From positions 1 through 49,705 of IMG/VR virus record IMGVR_UViG_3300032225_000860: a stretch of 49,705 nt of DNA. One strand, 5' to 3'. Both the position numbers and the translations under genes were made by a program. Of the stretch, positions 26,101 to 34,439 are shown piece after piece (the first letter of the stretch is position 1; every line of letters starts with the position of its first letter). Source of the DNA: a virus (Duplodnaviria; Caudoviricetes). Below the pieces are notes generated by a model, which worked only from the letters and a program-made list of their open reading frames with translations, searched no databases and was not told the DNA's origin.

Positions 26101-28971
26101 CTGACGCTCTTTATTGGCCTCAACCTTTTCTTCTTTAGGTTTAACTCTTTTACTTACAGCTTGCAATCTTGCTTCAAATTGATTATGTTCTTTTTGAAGT
26201 TTGTCCCAAAGATCGTATTTGCCATCTCTTAGATAATCATATCTTTTGGTAAAAAAATCTACATAATGATCGTATGCTTTTTCTGCATACTCTCTGCTTA
26301 TATTACGAGTTTTTTGAAAATCTTTAATTGTAGCTTCTTTGTCTTTTAATTGAGCTAAAGCACGAGCTTTCTGTTTATCAAAAGAATCAGGAGCGCTTTC
26401 ATAAGCACGTTTGTTTTGCTCTACTGTTTTTGCATCGTAAGCAGGGAATACTGAGCCAGCTTTGTTGATAGATAAAAATCCATTTTTTTCAGCAACAGCC
26501 AACAAACTTTGTTGATCTTTGCTTTTAAAGGCTTCCATTTTGACTGGATAATCAGTTTCATCTTTTTGCAGTTTTTTTACAGCTTCTTGAATATCTTTTA
26601 ATGAGAACCTGTCATCATCAGTACGAATGTTTTTGGCAAACTCATCTTGTTCTTTTTGAGCTGGCGATAGTTTCTGCTCTTCTTCAACTTTTTTACCAAG
26701 CAATTTATCTGCATTAGCAAAATCTTTTTCTAAAGCCTTTAAACTGCTTGCCATTTTTTCTGGATTAGCATACCGATTTTTATTAGCAATATGTTCAGCA
26801 TCTTTTACATAACGGAATGTAGATCCAGCAATTCCACTAAGTAAATCTCTAAGATCACGCATCTCGCCAAATGAGGAGCTACCTAAAATATCGGATACTT
26901 TGTATCCTTTGCTGTTTACTTTGTCAGCAATAGCTTGCAAATAACCATTAGACTTTGCTACCAAGTCTTGAACTTCGGCAGGAGCTTTTGGTAAAAATTC
27001 CTTAAATCGTTTTACTTCTGCTTTATTTCCAGAACGTATATAGTTGTCAAGGCTATACTTATCTTTAGGCATTTCTTCTGCCACGCCAGCCTTTTGCTGC
27101 GCTTCTAATAATTTACCTTTGTAGTAGTCTAATTTTTTGGAATCGGTATATCCACCGGAATTGGCTATACTTCTACGTAATCCATTAGAACTAACGGTAT
27201 CCCCTATTTTTTCTAACTCATCAGCTAATGCTAATGCTTCCTTTTCAATAGCTGGATTATTTGGCAGTTTTTTGTATAAAGGTTTTTTGTACTCTTTATT
27301 GTTATACAACTCATCTACGCGCGTTTGAATTTCTTTTTGGCGTGCTTCTAAAGCAGGATCTGCAACCTCACCACGGTTGGCCGCGTCCAATTGCTTAGCT
27401 GTGATTTCTTTGTATTCTTGCTTTAAGTTGTCAAACTCTGTACGAAACTCTGGCTTTAATCTATCCAAAGCAGCTTGTGCTGGAGTCTTGCGCTTTAACG
27501 GGCCTTCTTCTGGTGGGGCTTCTGGTGGCTTTGGAGGAGTTGTTTCTGTAGGCGCTGGAGGAGTTACGCCACTAGCAACTAGCTCATTTATTTCTTTAGT
27601 GATCTGTCCTTGACGTTTGTTTAACTCACCAAATTCACTTGGTTTAGCGGTCTTATATTTATCATCAATTAATTTAAACTCTGTTTCTAAAGCATTGAGG
27701 CGGTCAATTCTTTCTTTGTCTTGCTCTTCAATGTCTTGGTCTTCAAGCGCTTTAAATTTACCAAGATCTTGTGGGCCGGCTGGTGGGGTTCCTGTAGGAG
27801 GAGTGCCTGCAGGAGGAGCGCCCGGAGCCGCACCTTCTGGTGGAATAGGGGGAGCGCCTTCTACAGTAACATTCTTACCACGTTGTAAGACTGTGCCTTC
27901 TTCGGCTTCTGGGCTGTACTTGCGGATCTCTTTGAGGATCTTGTTGGTGGCCATACCAGCGCCGCCCATAACCGCGCCTTGGCCTACAGTAACTAATGCG
28001 GTATCTATTGCACCTTGGAAGAACTGTTCTAGGCTGGCTTGTGGGTTTAATCCAAAGCTCATATCGGTTAAGTATTGAGACAGGTAAGTTAACTCTTCGC
28101 CTGTTAGATCTTTTAGTACAAAGTTGGCTGCAGTTTTTGCCAGCTCTTTTGCAGAAACGCCGGCGCCAATATCTTTAATACCTTTAAACAATGTAGGCAA
28201 GCCAATACGTTCACCCAATACCTCGGCAGCACCAAACAAAGCAGAACGTGCCGTACTTTGGGTTACGTTTAATCCTTCATTACGGCTATCGTCATAGGTC
28301 TGTAGGAATGACTGGCCAAACATTGTGGTGTAGGCGGCCGGCAAACCAGCTGCAAGACCAGTAAATATAGTAGGGACGTTTGACAATACAGACTCACCAA
28401 TATTCTTGGCAATCTTTAATCCGTAGTCTTTTTCAAAAGTCTTTTCTACAGCACCCTGCTCTTTGGCCAGCTGCTTACTGACGCTTTTAACATCATCTTG
28501 ATGCGTGCCACTGAGGTCGGCAATGATTCTGGCGCCACCTAACCATGTTTGTTGCAAAGCGGTAGACGCACCATACCCGGCTGCTTTAACAGTGCGTAGT
28601 GCTTTCTCACCCATCCCCATCTCTGGAGTAATACCAAATCTAGCTGCTTGCCTTTCTTCTTCGGTAGGCATTTTGCTAAAGTCAAACTTAGGCACTTCTG
28701 AAAGGTTTGGCGTACCAACCTCACTAATCATCCGATTGTCCACTGGAGGGGCATTTGCCGGAAGTGTAGTGCCGGATAGTAGGCCGGCTTTGTATTCAGC
28801 AGACTCAGCAGGCTTTTCTACTGGCTTAGATAAATGATTAATAATTTCAGGATAAGTGTATCCAGATTTTACAGCTGCCGGAACGTCAAACTTGCTTTGC
28901 TGGCCTAAAAAGCCGGCAATTTCCGCGTCAGAATACCCAGCTTTTTTTGCGCCTGCAATATCAAAAGCCAT
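20134..28971 (-). CDS. Giant polyvalent internal virion/DNA-ejection-type protein with GHKL ATPase, zincin-like and LPD38-like domains
   Basis: Last gene of the virion operon. N-terminal GYSDAEI repeats, EMLQNSFDA/DDGSGM/GGFGIAK/GTFV motifs, HELAHH..NH...F, and C-terminal NRNFFTGGAITP...YNASTS...NPIQMDHLVRG. Confidence 0.8.
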   Translation of the reverse strand: MAFDIAGAKKAGYSDAEIAGFLGQQSKFDVPAAVKSGYTYPEIINHLSKPVEKPAESAEYKAGLLSGTTLPANAPPVDNRMISEVGTPNLSEVPKFDFSKMPTEEERQAARFGITPEMGMGEKALRTVKAAGYGASTALQQTWLGGARIIADLSGTHQDDVKSVSKQLAKEQGAVEKTFEKDYGLKIAKNIGESVLSNVPTIFTGLAAGLPAAYTTMFGQSFLQTYDDSRNEGLNVTQSTARSALFGAAEVLGERIGLPTLFKGIKDIGAGVSAKELAKTAANFVLKDLTGEELTYLSQYLTDMSFGLNPQASLEQFFQGAIDTALVTVGQGAVMGGAGMATNKILKEIRKYSPEAEEGTVLQRGKNVTVEGAPPIPPEGAAPGAPPAGTPPTGTPPAGPQDLGKFKALEDQDIEEQDKERIDRLNALETEFKLIDDKYKTAKPSEFGELNKRQGQITKEINELVASGVTPPAPTETTPPKPPEAPPEEGPLKRKTPAQAALDRLKPEFRTEFDNLKQEYKEITAKQLDAANRGEVADPALEARQKEIQTRVDELYNNKEYKKPLYKKLPNNPAIEKEALALADELEKIGDTVSSNGLRRSIANSGGYTDSKKLDYYKGKLLEAQQKAGVAEEMPKDKYSLDNYIRSGNKAEVKRFKEFLPKAPAEVQDLVAKSNGYLQAIADKVNSKGYKVSDILGSSSFGEMRDLRDLLSGIAGSTFRYVKDAEHIANKNRYANPEKMASSLKALEKDFANADKLLGKKVEEEQKLSPAQKEQDEFAKNIRTDDDRFSLKDIQEAVKKLQKDETDYPVKMEAFKSKDQQSLLAVAEKNGFLSINKAGSVFPAYDAKTVEQNKRAYESAPDSFDKQKARALAQLKDKEATIKDFQKTRNISREYAEKAYDHYVDFFTKRYDYLRDGKYDLWDKLQKEHNQFEARLQAVSKRVKPKEEKVEANKERQAKQREAAKEEAPKPIEIRTEQKPKAPSKKEKLESYKQKLQDVLQANIGDTVTFNQDIEYTSKNTPYTITGAGEKAFGVYNPANDSRTTINYSTILRQQGRGLTSEITKPSGVESKEEKPVTVEGIEKAVAKAGENVDYGKMKKAAENQVDQAIKRTKFATQKKYNDAKVPEAERYVTIKLEGDGSFKVMNNKERLEDFKKKLASAIKPKQAGTPRRDWESAAVGFKAESAVKNFLNENEPDLAVAIANLTGLDITKVPLNPTQRKALDRYIAEQKESGGEEPMYETIKSKPGANVARIAKLLGPQLYGSMSDITNVSVKEMLQNSFDAIKTMLEQKKTDSGKIDIVVDKDQRTVAMTDDGSGMSPDTLANVFLTIAGTKKDTEFGSGGFGIAKMLFLFGNEDVEVITMKDDKISSMYAKGDQLMASLEDPSQAPDINIQTKEEMPDWANMFPKGHGTFVRVTVPKEFKDQSTGEMKEVSFADNEYAFEVLQDSPLFANIEVTFNGSSIYGMGNKFDANEYTTFVDAKFDWGTARIYVSNGQASKYGENMKILSNGLWQFGEKLKIDPMNMYSDNIPHRFYLDIVSKVKPDEEGYPFQLNRQGFTKEAESDLKLIKNYLVLHYRLKDYNTTVQNFGTVQYLSRSGKDIIKSDQESLVPEAEEVEQKETIKEGSKVEVKDGRLIVNGKEVPLLTPEDLKKASIDVDALKIPQDKIDPNKVMIHDNLEISTDTLASEIKEVTKLLEDNYEARYALREKIEEEKDTNKLVVLRGELRELQKEQDRLISRKENLARQKTEEEFTPITKLARDKFGDRFDSFMFDIGDVFMALRDAVSKNMPADKRGIDYKDLAKEAIGVSFDKEYRGVSIVLPFKGMYINPAFPEYIDTPEEAALGMFGTMIHELAHHKVRNHGADFPAEMQRILIKLESSTSFDINQLKKDFILTVKENKDIIDFLNKEGSNESNRAIGQRFKDSSNQARGEDTSEDVSGQRKQGRGESGIPSELRPSYQAIGKKRQPESVSPEDEDELESFREAYLAQREADGREDFKLKTSKSVKDMLLGSYAAAREAAKAVKESPMLAVNKMTSKLDRAITYARIKGVWYGRGLEVAEVKKFNGKVKDGQEKAIATVALTNALHSGEIMSQVIMRGKLIFDTESQMFRAEDAKESLANVMLAKHDLIERVGAQEANNMIQDYFEAKRSRSILDAFQKQEGIVEKAKEKAEKLEFGTDAYYDALDEVEKAKNDFYNIVVARSKVKLSDESIDIYSALEDDNPELRNMMDNWQAVNKNNLDNMEFSGIISDKRAKSLREIEDYVPWQRIQDEMEDVHSAPIRGSTKSLTNVAKEKVFKRNAAVNKAAREYIDGEIDLDQFNEAIQLYQEDLGEIDDILDNMLHNTAILGRNSMRNHAANMIAARYAERYTEGKKKGKLKLYREEGRDDNGVRLNIIVNGRRVIVNIPDPLIAEAIIGMENINMPAVEIFAVMANLLRRGITTWPQFQLRQLFMDAPTAAMVSGLGAKNSAILYADTFKSFLNALNSEDPIVRHLKAYGIGGFQSYTRSPEQQYKQQIGLIEQNKLDQFTNILDKIGDASDMAQRIATYKRVLAETGDETLALIRSNNIIDFKKHGNAKMVVAITRSVSFMNAYAQQLDVLAEALAGGGLKGKNRAAAFGSMLKVAAMLTMWTTLYTWIMGGNDDYEKMDDQKKARNFVIPKNLTKYIGVDDNILLPMNTSAAYFFKAMPELITNYVIKKGTKNEVDGTRLRKALAEAALDSLLGPNPIPTGIKPAVEIGLNRNFFTGGAITPKGLEGLDAAEQYNASTSELGKVLSAVAGGVLNPIQMDHLVRGIFGTNGAVVMWGSNMLSGDRPTAEQKDNPLWGGLMDRDVGRGPESLFYDLKSEVEPKHKTFMKLIEREKDKEADAYFTKHEKEIAAYEYVTGIESALKEINKEIRRVSEVRDPNFSKDDRRKEVQELQRTKNEILGDVIQIRKEAGL

Positions 28972-28980
28972 ACTTAATCC

Positions 28981-31143
28981 TTATTTTTGAAAGCTAGCTA
29001 ATGGCGGACGATTTGTTGATGCTGTAGTTGTTACTCCAAGACTACTATTTAGTTGATTTGGATCAAATTGAGTCATTTTTAACAATGGCCTTAGTTCTGG
29101 AGATAGGTTCTTCATTGCAAAATTTGCAGCATCAACTTCCATCTGTCCGGGATTGTCTTTATATTTGTTGTACAAAGGTTTACCGGGTTTAGCGTTATCT
29201 TTAATGTGCTGCAAACTCTGAGTCAGTAAAGTATTATAACGCTCTTGAGCCATTCCAGTCAGTTGCATTTCTTTGTAAGCGCTAGTATTTTCACGGCTAG
29301 CACCAGCAGCGGCTAACTGCGCATTTTTCATATCTAAATTAGATTGAATTTTTATCAATTCGCCTGCCTTTTCCATTCTCTCTTTATTGTCTGCTGCAAT
29401 ACCTTTAGAATCCATCTGAGCTAGTTCGCGCTTTAAAGAAAGGATTGCATTGTTTTCTTTTTCAAACGGACCTAGTGCAGCAAGTCCAGAGCGTCCTACA
29501 TTAGATGCTAGCTGGCTAAATGTCCCACCCGGCTGACCAGCAGGAGCATTCATCATATTTAATCCAAAACGAGTTATTGCAGATGGATTAATCATGGATT
29601 TTTGTTCTTCAATACTTTTTCTTAATTCTTCTTTTTCAAGTGCTCTTTGCTTGGTCGCTGGATTTTCCATGCTCATTAATGCAACGCCAGCTTTGCCATA
29701 ATCAACATTACCTTTTTTATCGGTAAATTGTTTAATTACATCTGCCATGGTTGGTGTTTTTTCTTCTGGAACATCTTCCCCTTTGGCAAAAGAAGCAATA
29801 CCACCTTCAGCCATTTGGGTCATGTTTCCTGTTGGCGCGCCAGCTAGACCGGCTCGTTGATTTACATCTTGTGGCATTGGAAGGCCTGCAGATTGCATTG
29901 GCTGCATTAGGCTGGCTACTTGAGGGGCGGCCTGTGGGTTGCTGCGGTTATACGCACGCTCTTGCATTAAGCCTTGGGCGTACATATTATCTATTGGAGT
30001 AGATACTGGGCTCTGTGGTACTTGTTGCAATTGTTGGTCACTGTACATCTTCATTGGAACAGCGCCGCCTGTACCCATCTTAATTACGCCGCCATCAGCT
30101 TTGTTGGCCGCGTTATACATAGCAGCCGCGCCCAAACCTGCGGTTCCAAGACCAGCCAATTGTGAAATCTGGCTAGGAGGAGCTTGATACATCTGAGTAG
30201 AAGATTGCTGCATTGGAAGGCCACGCAACATAGAGTTAAGCATACCCAACTGTAAAAATGGATATTGCTGTGCTGTAGCATAGTTTTGAACACCTTGGTT
30301 GATAATGTTCTGTTGCTGTTGTTGTTCCAAAGCGCCTTGCTGTGCTTGAGTTCCAAGAATTGATTGCTGAGCAGCCAGTTGTTGACCGCCAAGGCCTGCC
30401 AATTGAGCAGCGTTTTGCATAGCCGCTTGGTTGGCCTGTAATCCAAAACCTTGGTTTTGATTGTATTGATTTTGTGCAGCGTTAAATGCTTGGTTATAAC
30501 CTTGACCAATTACTTGGTTCATAGCCATATTTTTATTACGTTGGTTTTCAGCAGCCATCAACGCTTCACGAGAACCACCAAAAGCGCCAGAACGAGTAGC
30601 ATCACTCATTTCCCTTGTGCCAGTAATATCGTATTGACGGCCAATTTCTTGCAACGCTGGGTTTAAAGCACTTTGCAAGTAGGGGTTCATGTAACCACCA
30701 ACTTGACTTTGGAAACCTTGTGGATTTGCGCTTGCGCCTAATCCTAAAGCATTACCAATTCCATAACCTGTAACTTGTTGTGCAGCTCCAAAAGTACCGG
30801 GAGTTTGAAGATTAGCAGCGGCTGACTGAGCCTGTTTTTGTAACGGACTAAAGCCGGCCACATAATCTGCTGGGTTATTACTATAAGGTGTGTACGGGTT
30901 AAAGCCAGTCATATCAGGCGTGTAAATCTGAGCCTGTGCAGCGTTTAGCATATTCTCTACATATGGCTGTGCATATTCAGGAATATTGGTATTTTGTACT
31001 GTAGTTTGAGTTGGCGCTGAAGGAGGAGGCGATCCACCACCACCGCCACCACCATAAATTCGGCCGCCGCCTACTTTATTACGGGTAACGGAATCACCTA
31101 GAGGCTCTCCCAAGGCATATAGTTGACGTTTTGAATAACTCAT
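28981..31143 (-). CDS. Gly/Gln-rich internal virion (pilot/ejection) protein
   Basis: YMNPY...GAFGGSR motif, composition, and position before the giant protein. Confidence 0.7.
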   Translation of the reverse strand: MSYSKRQLYALGEPLGDSVTRNKVGGGRIYGGGGGGGSPPPSAPTQTTVQNTNIPEYAQPYVENMLNAAQAQIYTPDMTGFNPYTPYSNNPADYVAGFSPLQKQAQSAAANLQTPGTFGAAQQVTGYGIGNALGLGASANPQGFQSQVGGYMNPYLQSALNPALQEIGRQYDITGTREMSDATRSGAFGGSREALMAAENQRNKNMAMNQVIGQGYNQAFNAAQNQYNQNQGFGLQANQAAMQNAAQLAGLGGQQLAAQQSILGTQAQQGALEQQQQQNIINQGVQNYATAQQYPFLQLGMLNSMLRGLPMQQSSTQMYQAPPSQISQLAGLGTAGLGAAAMYNAANKADGGVIKMGTGGAVPMKMYSDQQLQQVPQSPVSTPIDNMYAQGLMQERAYNRSNPQAAPQVASLMQPMQSAGLPMPQDVNQRAGLAGAPTGNMTQMAEGGIASFAKGEDVPEEKTPTMADVIKQFTDKKGNVDYGKAGVALMSMENPATKQRALEKEELRKSIEEQKSMINPSAITRFGLNMMNAPAGQPGGTFSQLASNVGRSGLAALGPFEKENNAILSLKRELAQMDSKGIAADNKERMEKAGELIKIQSNLDMKNAQLAAAGASRENTSAYKEMQLTGMAQERYNTLLTQSLQHIKDNAKPGKPLYNKYKDNPGQMEVDAANFAMKNLSPELRPLLKMTQFDPNQLNSSLGVTTTASTNRPPLASFQK

Positions 31144-31151
31144 AATCTTCC

Positions 31152-31598
31152 TTACAACATTTTTGTAAATACTTTGTCTGTCATTTTGTAACCCAAATAC
31201 TCAAATAACTTTGAATTATCTAAATGCACTTTAGTGTGCATTACAATTCTTTGAACTCCACGTTCTTTCAATACCTTTTCAGCATACTGAAACAACCTAA
31301 TTCCTACTCTACCTTTGCGAAAACTCTTGGTCACAAAGTACAAATCTTCTATTGCCGTCATGCAAGACTTATAATGAAGATGAGGGGTTACTATAAAAAT
31401 AATATAACCAATTAACTGCTCATCATTCCTACAAGTAATGCACCGCAGCATTCCTGCCTGCGCCATCCTTTTATAAGCCTCATAATCGGGCTCATAAGGA
31501 AATTCTTTTGTTACACATAACTCTTCATAATGCTCTGGGAAAAGTCTTTCAAATTCGTCTACAAACTTAAAGCCGTCAACATCTTCATAGATAATCAT
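31152..31598 (-). CDS. GNAT-family acetyltransferase in the virion operon
   Basis: LYFVTKSFRKGRVGIRLF...LFEYLGY acetyl-CoA-binding motif. Confidence 0.85.
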   Translation of the reverse strand: MIIYEDVDGFKFVDEFERLFPEHYEELCVTKEFPYEPDYEAYKRMAQAGMLRCITCRNDEQLIGYIIFIVTPHLHYKSCMTAIEDLYFVTKSFRKGRVGIRLFQYAEKVLKERGVQRIVMHTKVHLDNSKLFEYLGYKMTDKVFTKML

Positions 31599-33718
31599 GC
31601 TGGTAAATATTTATATGCTTTTGTGTCTGCTGCAATGTTCTTTGTCTTGGCTCTTTTTGCTTTAATCCGATCCATCATTGCATATAAACGCTTGGCTCCG
31701 GCATCAGTAGATCCGTTACCAAGTTCAGAAACAATACGGGCTGGTATTACAAACTCTCCGGTGGCCAATCTTGCCGGCTGTTTACCGCCAATTGTAGCAG
31801 GGATAGAGTCAGAAACCCCATCACCGGGACCTTTTAATAAATGGCCACCATCAGAATAATCGCCTAAATGTGCCCGTCCACCAGCAGCCATTAGTCCACC
31901 AGCTTTGGCTTCTGTTGGTTGTTCTGCTGCAATGGCTTCTTTTGCTCTTTGCTCTGCAATCATTTGAGCTGGGTCGGTGCTAATTGCTCCCAATACATTT
32001 GACTGTGGAAGTCCTTTGGCCAATTTTACTTTGCTGGAACTAGACAACATTTCTAACAATTTACGGGCGCGGTTATGTGGATCTAGACGAGCTAATTCCG
32101 GCTCATCTGCAGCAATTTCAACTGGATGTTGTCTATCATCTAATGCTTGACGTTTTGTTGCCATCTCTATGCCGTGTTCTACTTCGCCAATACCTTCAAC
32201 CATGCTGCCGTAATCTGGAGATCCTTTATAACTTGCAATACCACCAGAAGCCATACCTTGGGCTGTCAACATAGCGGTTTGTTGTGGAGTGTTTGGTGTT
32301 GTTTGAGGTCCAACAGGAAATCCTGCTTGGCTCATATATGCATCTCTTGCTGATTGAGATGGCATTCCACCAACACCTAAACCTTCAAGTCCTACTCCTC
32401 CTAAACCGCCAAACATTGGGCGCTGATACTGTCCTTGCGGAGGTAACCCACCTTGCTGTGAAAATTGACCGCCTCCCCATGGATTTCCACCAGCAGGAGT
32501 ATAACCGTTTGCGCTTTGTGCTTGATTTTGTCCATTGTTAAAGTTTACAGAACCATGCAAATCTATTTGACCGCCACCATCAAAACGTATAGCACCGCCT
32601 CTTGCCATATGAGTTGTTGGCTCCCCAGTTAACGGATTTGTTTCCGGATCATATCCTGCCAAAGTACTTTGCATACTCATTGGGGTTTGTGGAGAAGACG
32701 AATATTGTGTATGGTCAATTTGACTGCCCGGATACATACCACCAGCAGTAAAGTTTTTATCTTGCATTAAGCCACCAGAAGCGGCGCTTATGGGATTGTA
32801 AGGATTGGCCACATAGTTAGGATAAACAGCCTGATATGGTGGTTTTGGTTGTGCTGGCAACATGGCATTAAAAATTGGCTTGCCATTCTCGTCCCGTGGG
32901 ATTTCTTTCATTCCAAATGGATTTTTTTGCTGGGCTGCGGCCGGTGCAATTGTTGGTTGTTTTGTTAATGAATTCATTAAGAATGGGGCTGCCACACCGG
33001 CTAAAGCCATTTTATTATTCATTAAAGTATTGCCAATCGCTGATCCGCTAGTTATTCCGGCGCCCATATTGGCGGCAGTTGATGCGGCAGGGAGCCCCAT
33101 TCCAGCGTTTGCCATACCAGCAGCTTTAACTATTTCTGCAGCATTAGCATCAGTTAAATTACCAGTCATCTTAGCAATTTGTTCTGTTGTCAAATTAGTC
33201 ATATTACCAATTTGAGATTTTGCAATTTCGGAGGCGGTTTGTTGTGCAGTTTCTTGAGCGGTTAATCTTGTAGCTTCTGCCGCTGCTTGTTGTTTTGCAA
33301 ACTCTTGAGCTGCTTGATTTCCACCTTCTTGAGCCGCAACGTTTGCAGTTGATGCTGCTCCTGCTTCCGCCAATCCGCTAGCTAAATTACCACCAGACCA
33401 AGTGCCTAAACCAGCCATAAGACCTTGGGTAAGGCTTCCCGTAATAGCATAATCAGCTACACCTACACCAGCTGCAATATAAGGCAAAAGCTCAACCTGA
33501 CCCGTACCCACAGCTAAAGCACCTAAAGCCATAGGCAATACAGAGCTTAATATTCCTGCTTCTGGAAGGCCTGTTTTTGGATTAATGGTTAAAGACTTTC
33601 CTTGGCTTTCTGCAAGTTTTTGCATTGCAGCAAGTTCTTTAGAAGTCATGTGGACTAAATGCGTGTCTTCTCCACGGCCTTGCGCGGCTAAATGATGGGC
33701 AGCATGGACTAAACTCAT
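31595..33718 (-). CDS. Internal virion protein with repeated xAxGG motifs
   Basis: GRGEDTHLVHM...TINPKTGLPEA N-terminus and GPGDGVSDSIPA...GEFVIPA C-terminus. Start at ATG 33718 follows AAGGA. Confidence 0.7.
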   Translation of the reverse strand: MSLVHAAHHLAAQGRGEDTHLVHMTSKELAAMQKLAESQGKSLTINPKTGLPEAGILSSVLPMALGALAVGTGQVELLPYIAAGVGVADYAITGSLTQGLMAGLGTWSGGNLASGLAEAGAASTANVAAQEGGNQAAQEFAKQQAAAEATRLTAQETAQQTASEIAKSQIGNMTNLTTEQIAKMTGNLTDANAAEIVKAAGMANAGMGLPAASTAANMGAGITSGSAIGNTLMNNKMALAGVAAPFLMNSLTKQPTIAPAAAQQKNPFGMKEIPRDENGKPIFNAMLPAQPKPPYQAVYPNYVANPYNPISAASGGLMQDKNFTAGGMYPGSQIDHTQYSSSPQTPMSMQSTLAGYDPETNPLTGEPTTHMARGGAIRFDGGGQIDLHGSVNFNNGQNQAQSANGYTPAGGNPWGGGQFSQQGGLPPQGQYQRPMFGGLGGVGLEGLGVGGMPSQSARDAYMSQAGFPVGPQTTPNTPQQTAMLTAQGMASGGIASYKGSPDYGSMVEGIGEVEHGIEMATKRQALDDRQHPVEIAADEPELARLDPHNRARKLLEMLSSSSKVKLAKGLPQSNVLGAISTDPAQMIAEQRAKEAIAAEQPTEAKAGGLMAAGGRAHLGDYSDGGHLLKGPGDGVSDSIPATIGGKQPARLATGEFVIPARIVSELGNGSTDAGAKRLYAMMDRIKAKRAKTKNIAADTKAYKYLPA

Positions 33719-33755
33719 AAAGGTCCTTTTGGGGTATTTGGTGTTGATTTTAACA

Positions 33756-34439
33756 TTAATATAGTGCCGATACAAACTGCATTGTTGCTACTACCGATTG
33801 GGTAGAAGGCTTTGTAGGGGTACCACTGGCGGCATAAAATGGGATTGTTACGTTGGTTCCGTCTGTAGTAGACCAAACTATCTGTAAATAATCCCCAACC
33901 GCCAAAGAAACAAAGTAGTTCCAGCCTTTAATGTCATGGGATGGGTTTCCTGCTGATTTTCTAGGCGACATACCAATAATCCCTGTAGAACCTGCAATAT
34001 CCGCTAAAGTGGCTGTTTTGGCTGTATATTGCCTTAACCAAATAAATACATCTTCTGTGGAATTTGCTAGGTTTTGAAGCTGTACGCTAAATTGTAGGTT
34101 ATACAACCCCGCATAAGTTGGGGTAATGTTTGTTCCGCTAGCTACCGTAAACCCATTAAGAAAGTCGTTTGTATTAAAAGTCAATAGGGTGGCTGTATTA
34201 GTCGCCGCTGTTTGGGTTACGCTAGATGATATGGCAGCATAGGGGAAGTTAATATATGTGCCCCCAGCACCAGTACTTAGTGGGGCCGCAAAGTTATCAA
34301 TCTGGTTAAAGTACAGACGCAGGGCATTTAGTAGCTGGTCTTGATAAGCCTGTGAATACTCAACCGGACCAATAGGTAGGTTAGGCGCTTTTGGTGGGCG
34401 CAGTGGTATTGTTTTTTGTACAGTGGTAGAAATCGCCAT
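33756..34439 (-). CDS. Tail-associated structural protein
   Basis: Directly follows the nozzle-like gene. Beta-rich C1q/TNF-like C-terminus (GLYNLQFSVQL). Confidence 0.55.
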   Translation of the reverse strand: MAISTTVQKTIPLRPPKAPNLPIGPVEYSQAYQDQLLNALRLYFNQIDNFAAPLSTGAGGTYINFPYAAISSSVTQTAATNTATLLTFNTNDFLNGFTVASGTNITPTYAGLYNLQFSVQLQNLANSTEDVFIWLRQYTAKTATLADIAGSTGIIGMSPRKSAGNPSHDIKGWNYFVSLAVGDYLQIVWSTTDGTNVTIPFYAASGTPTKPSTQSVVATMQFVSALY

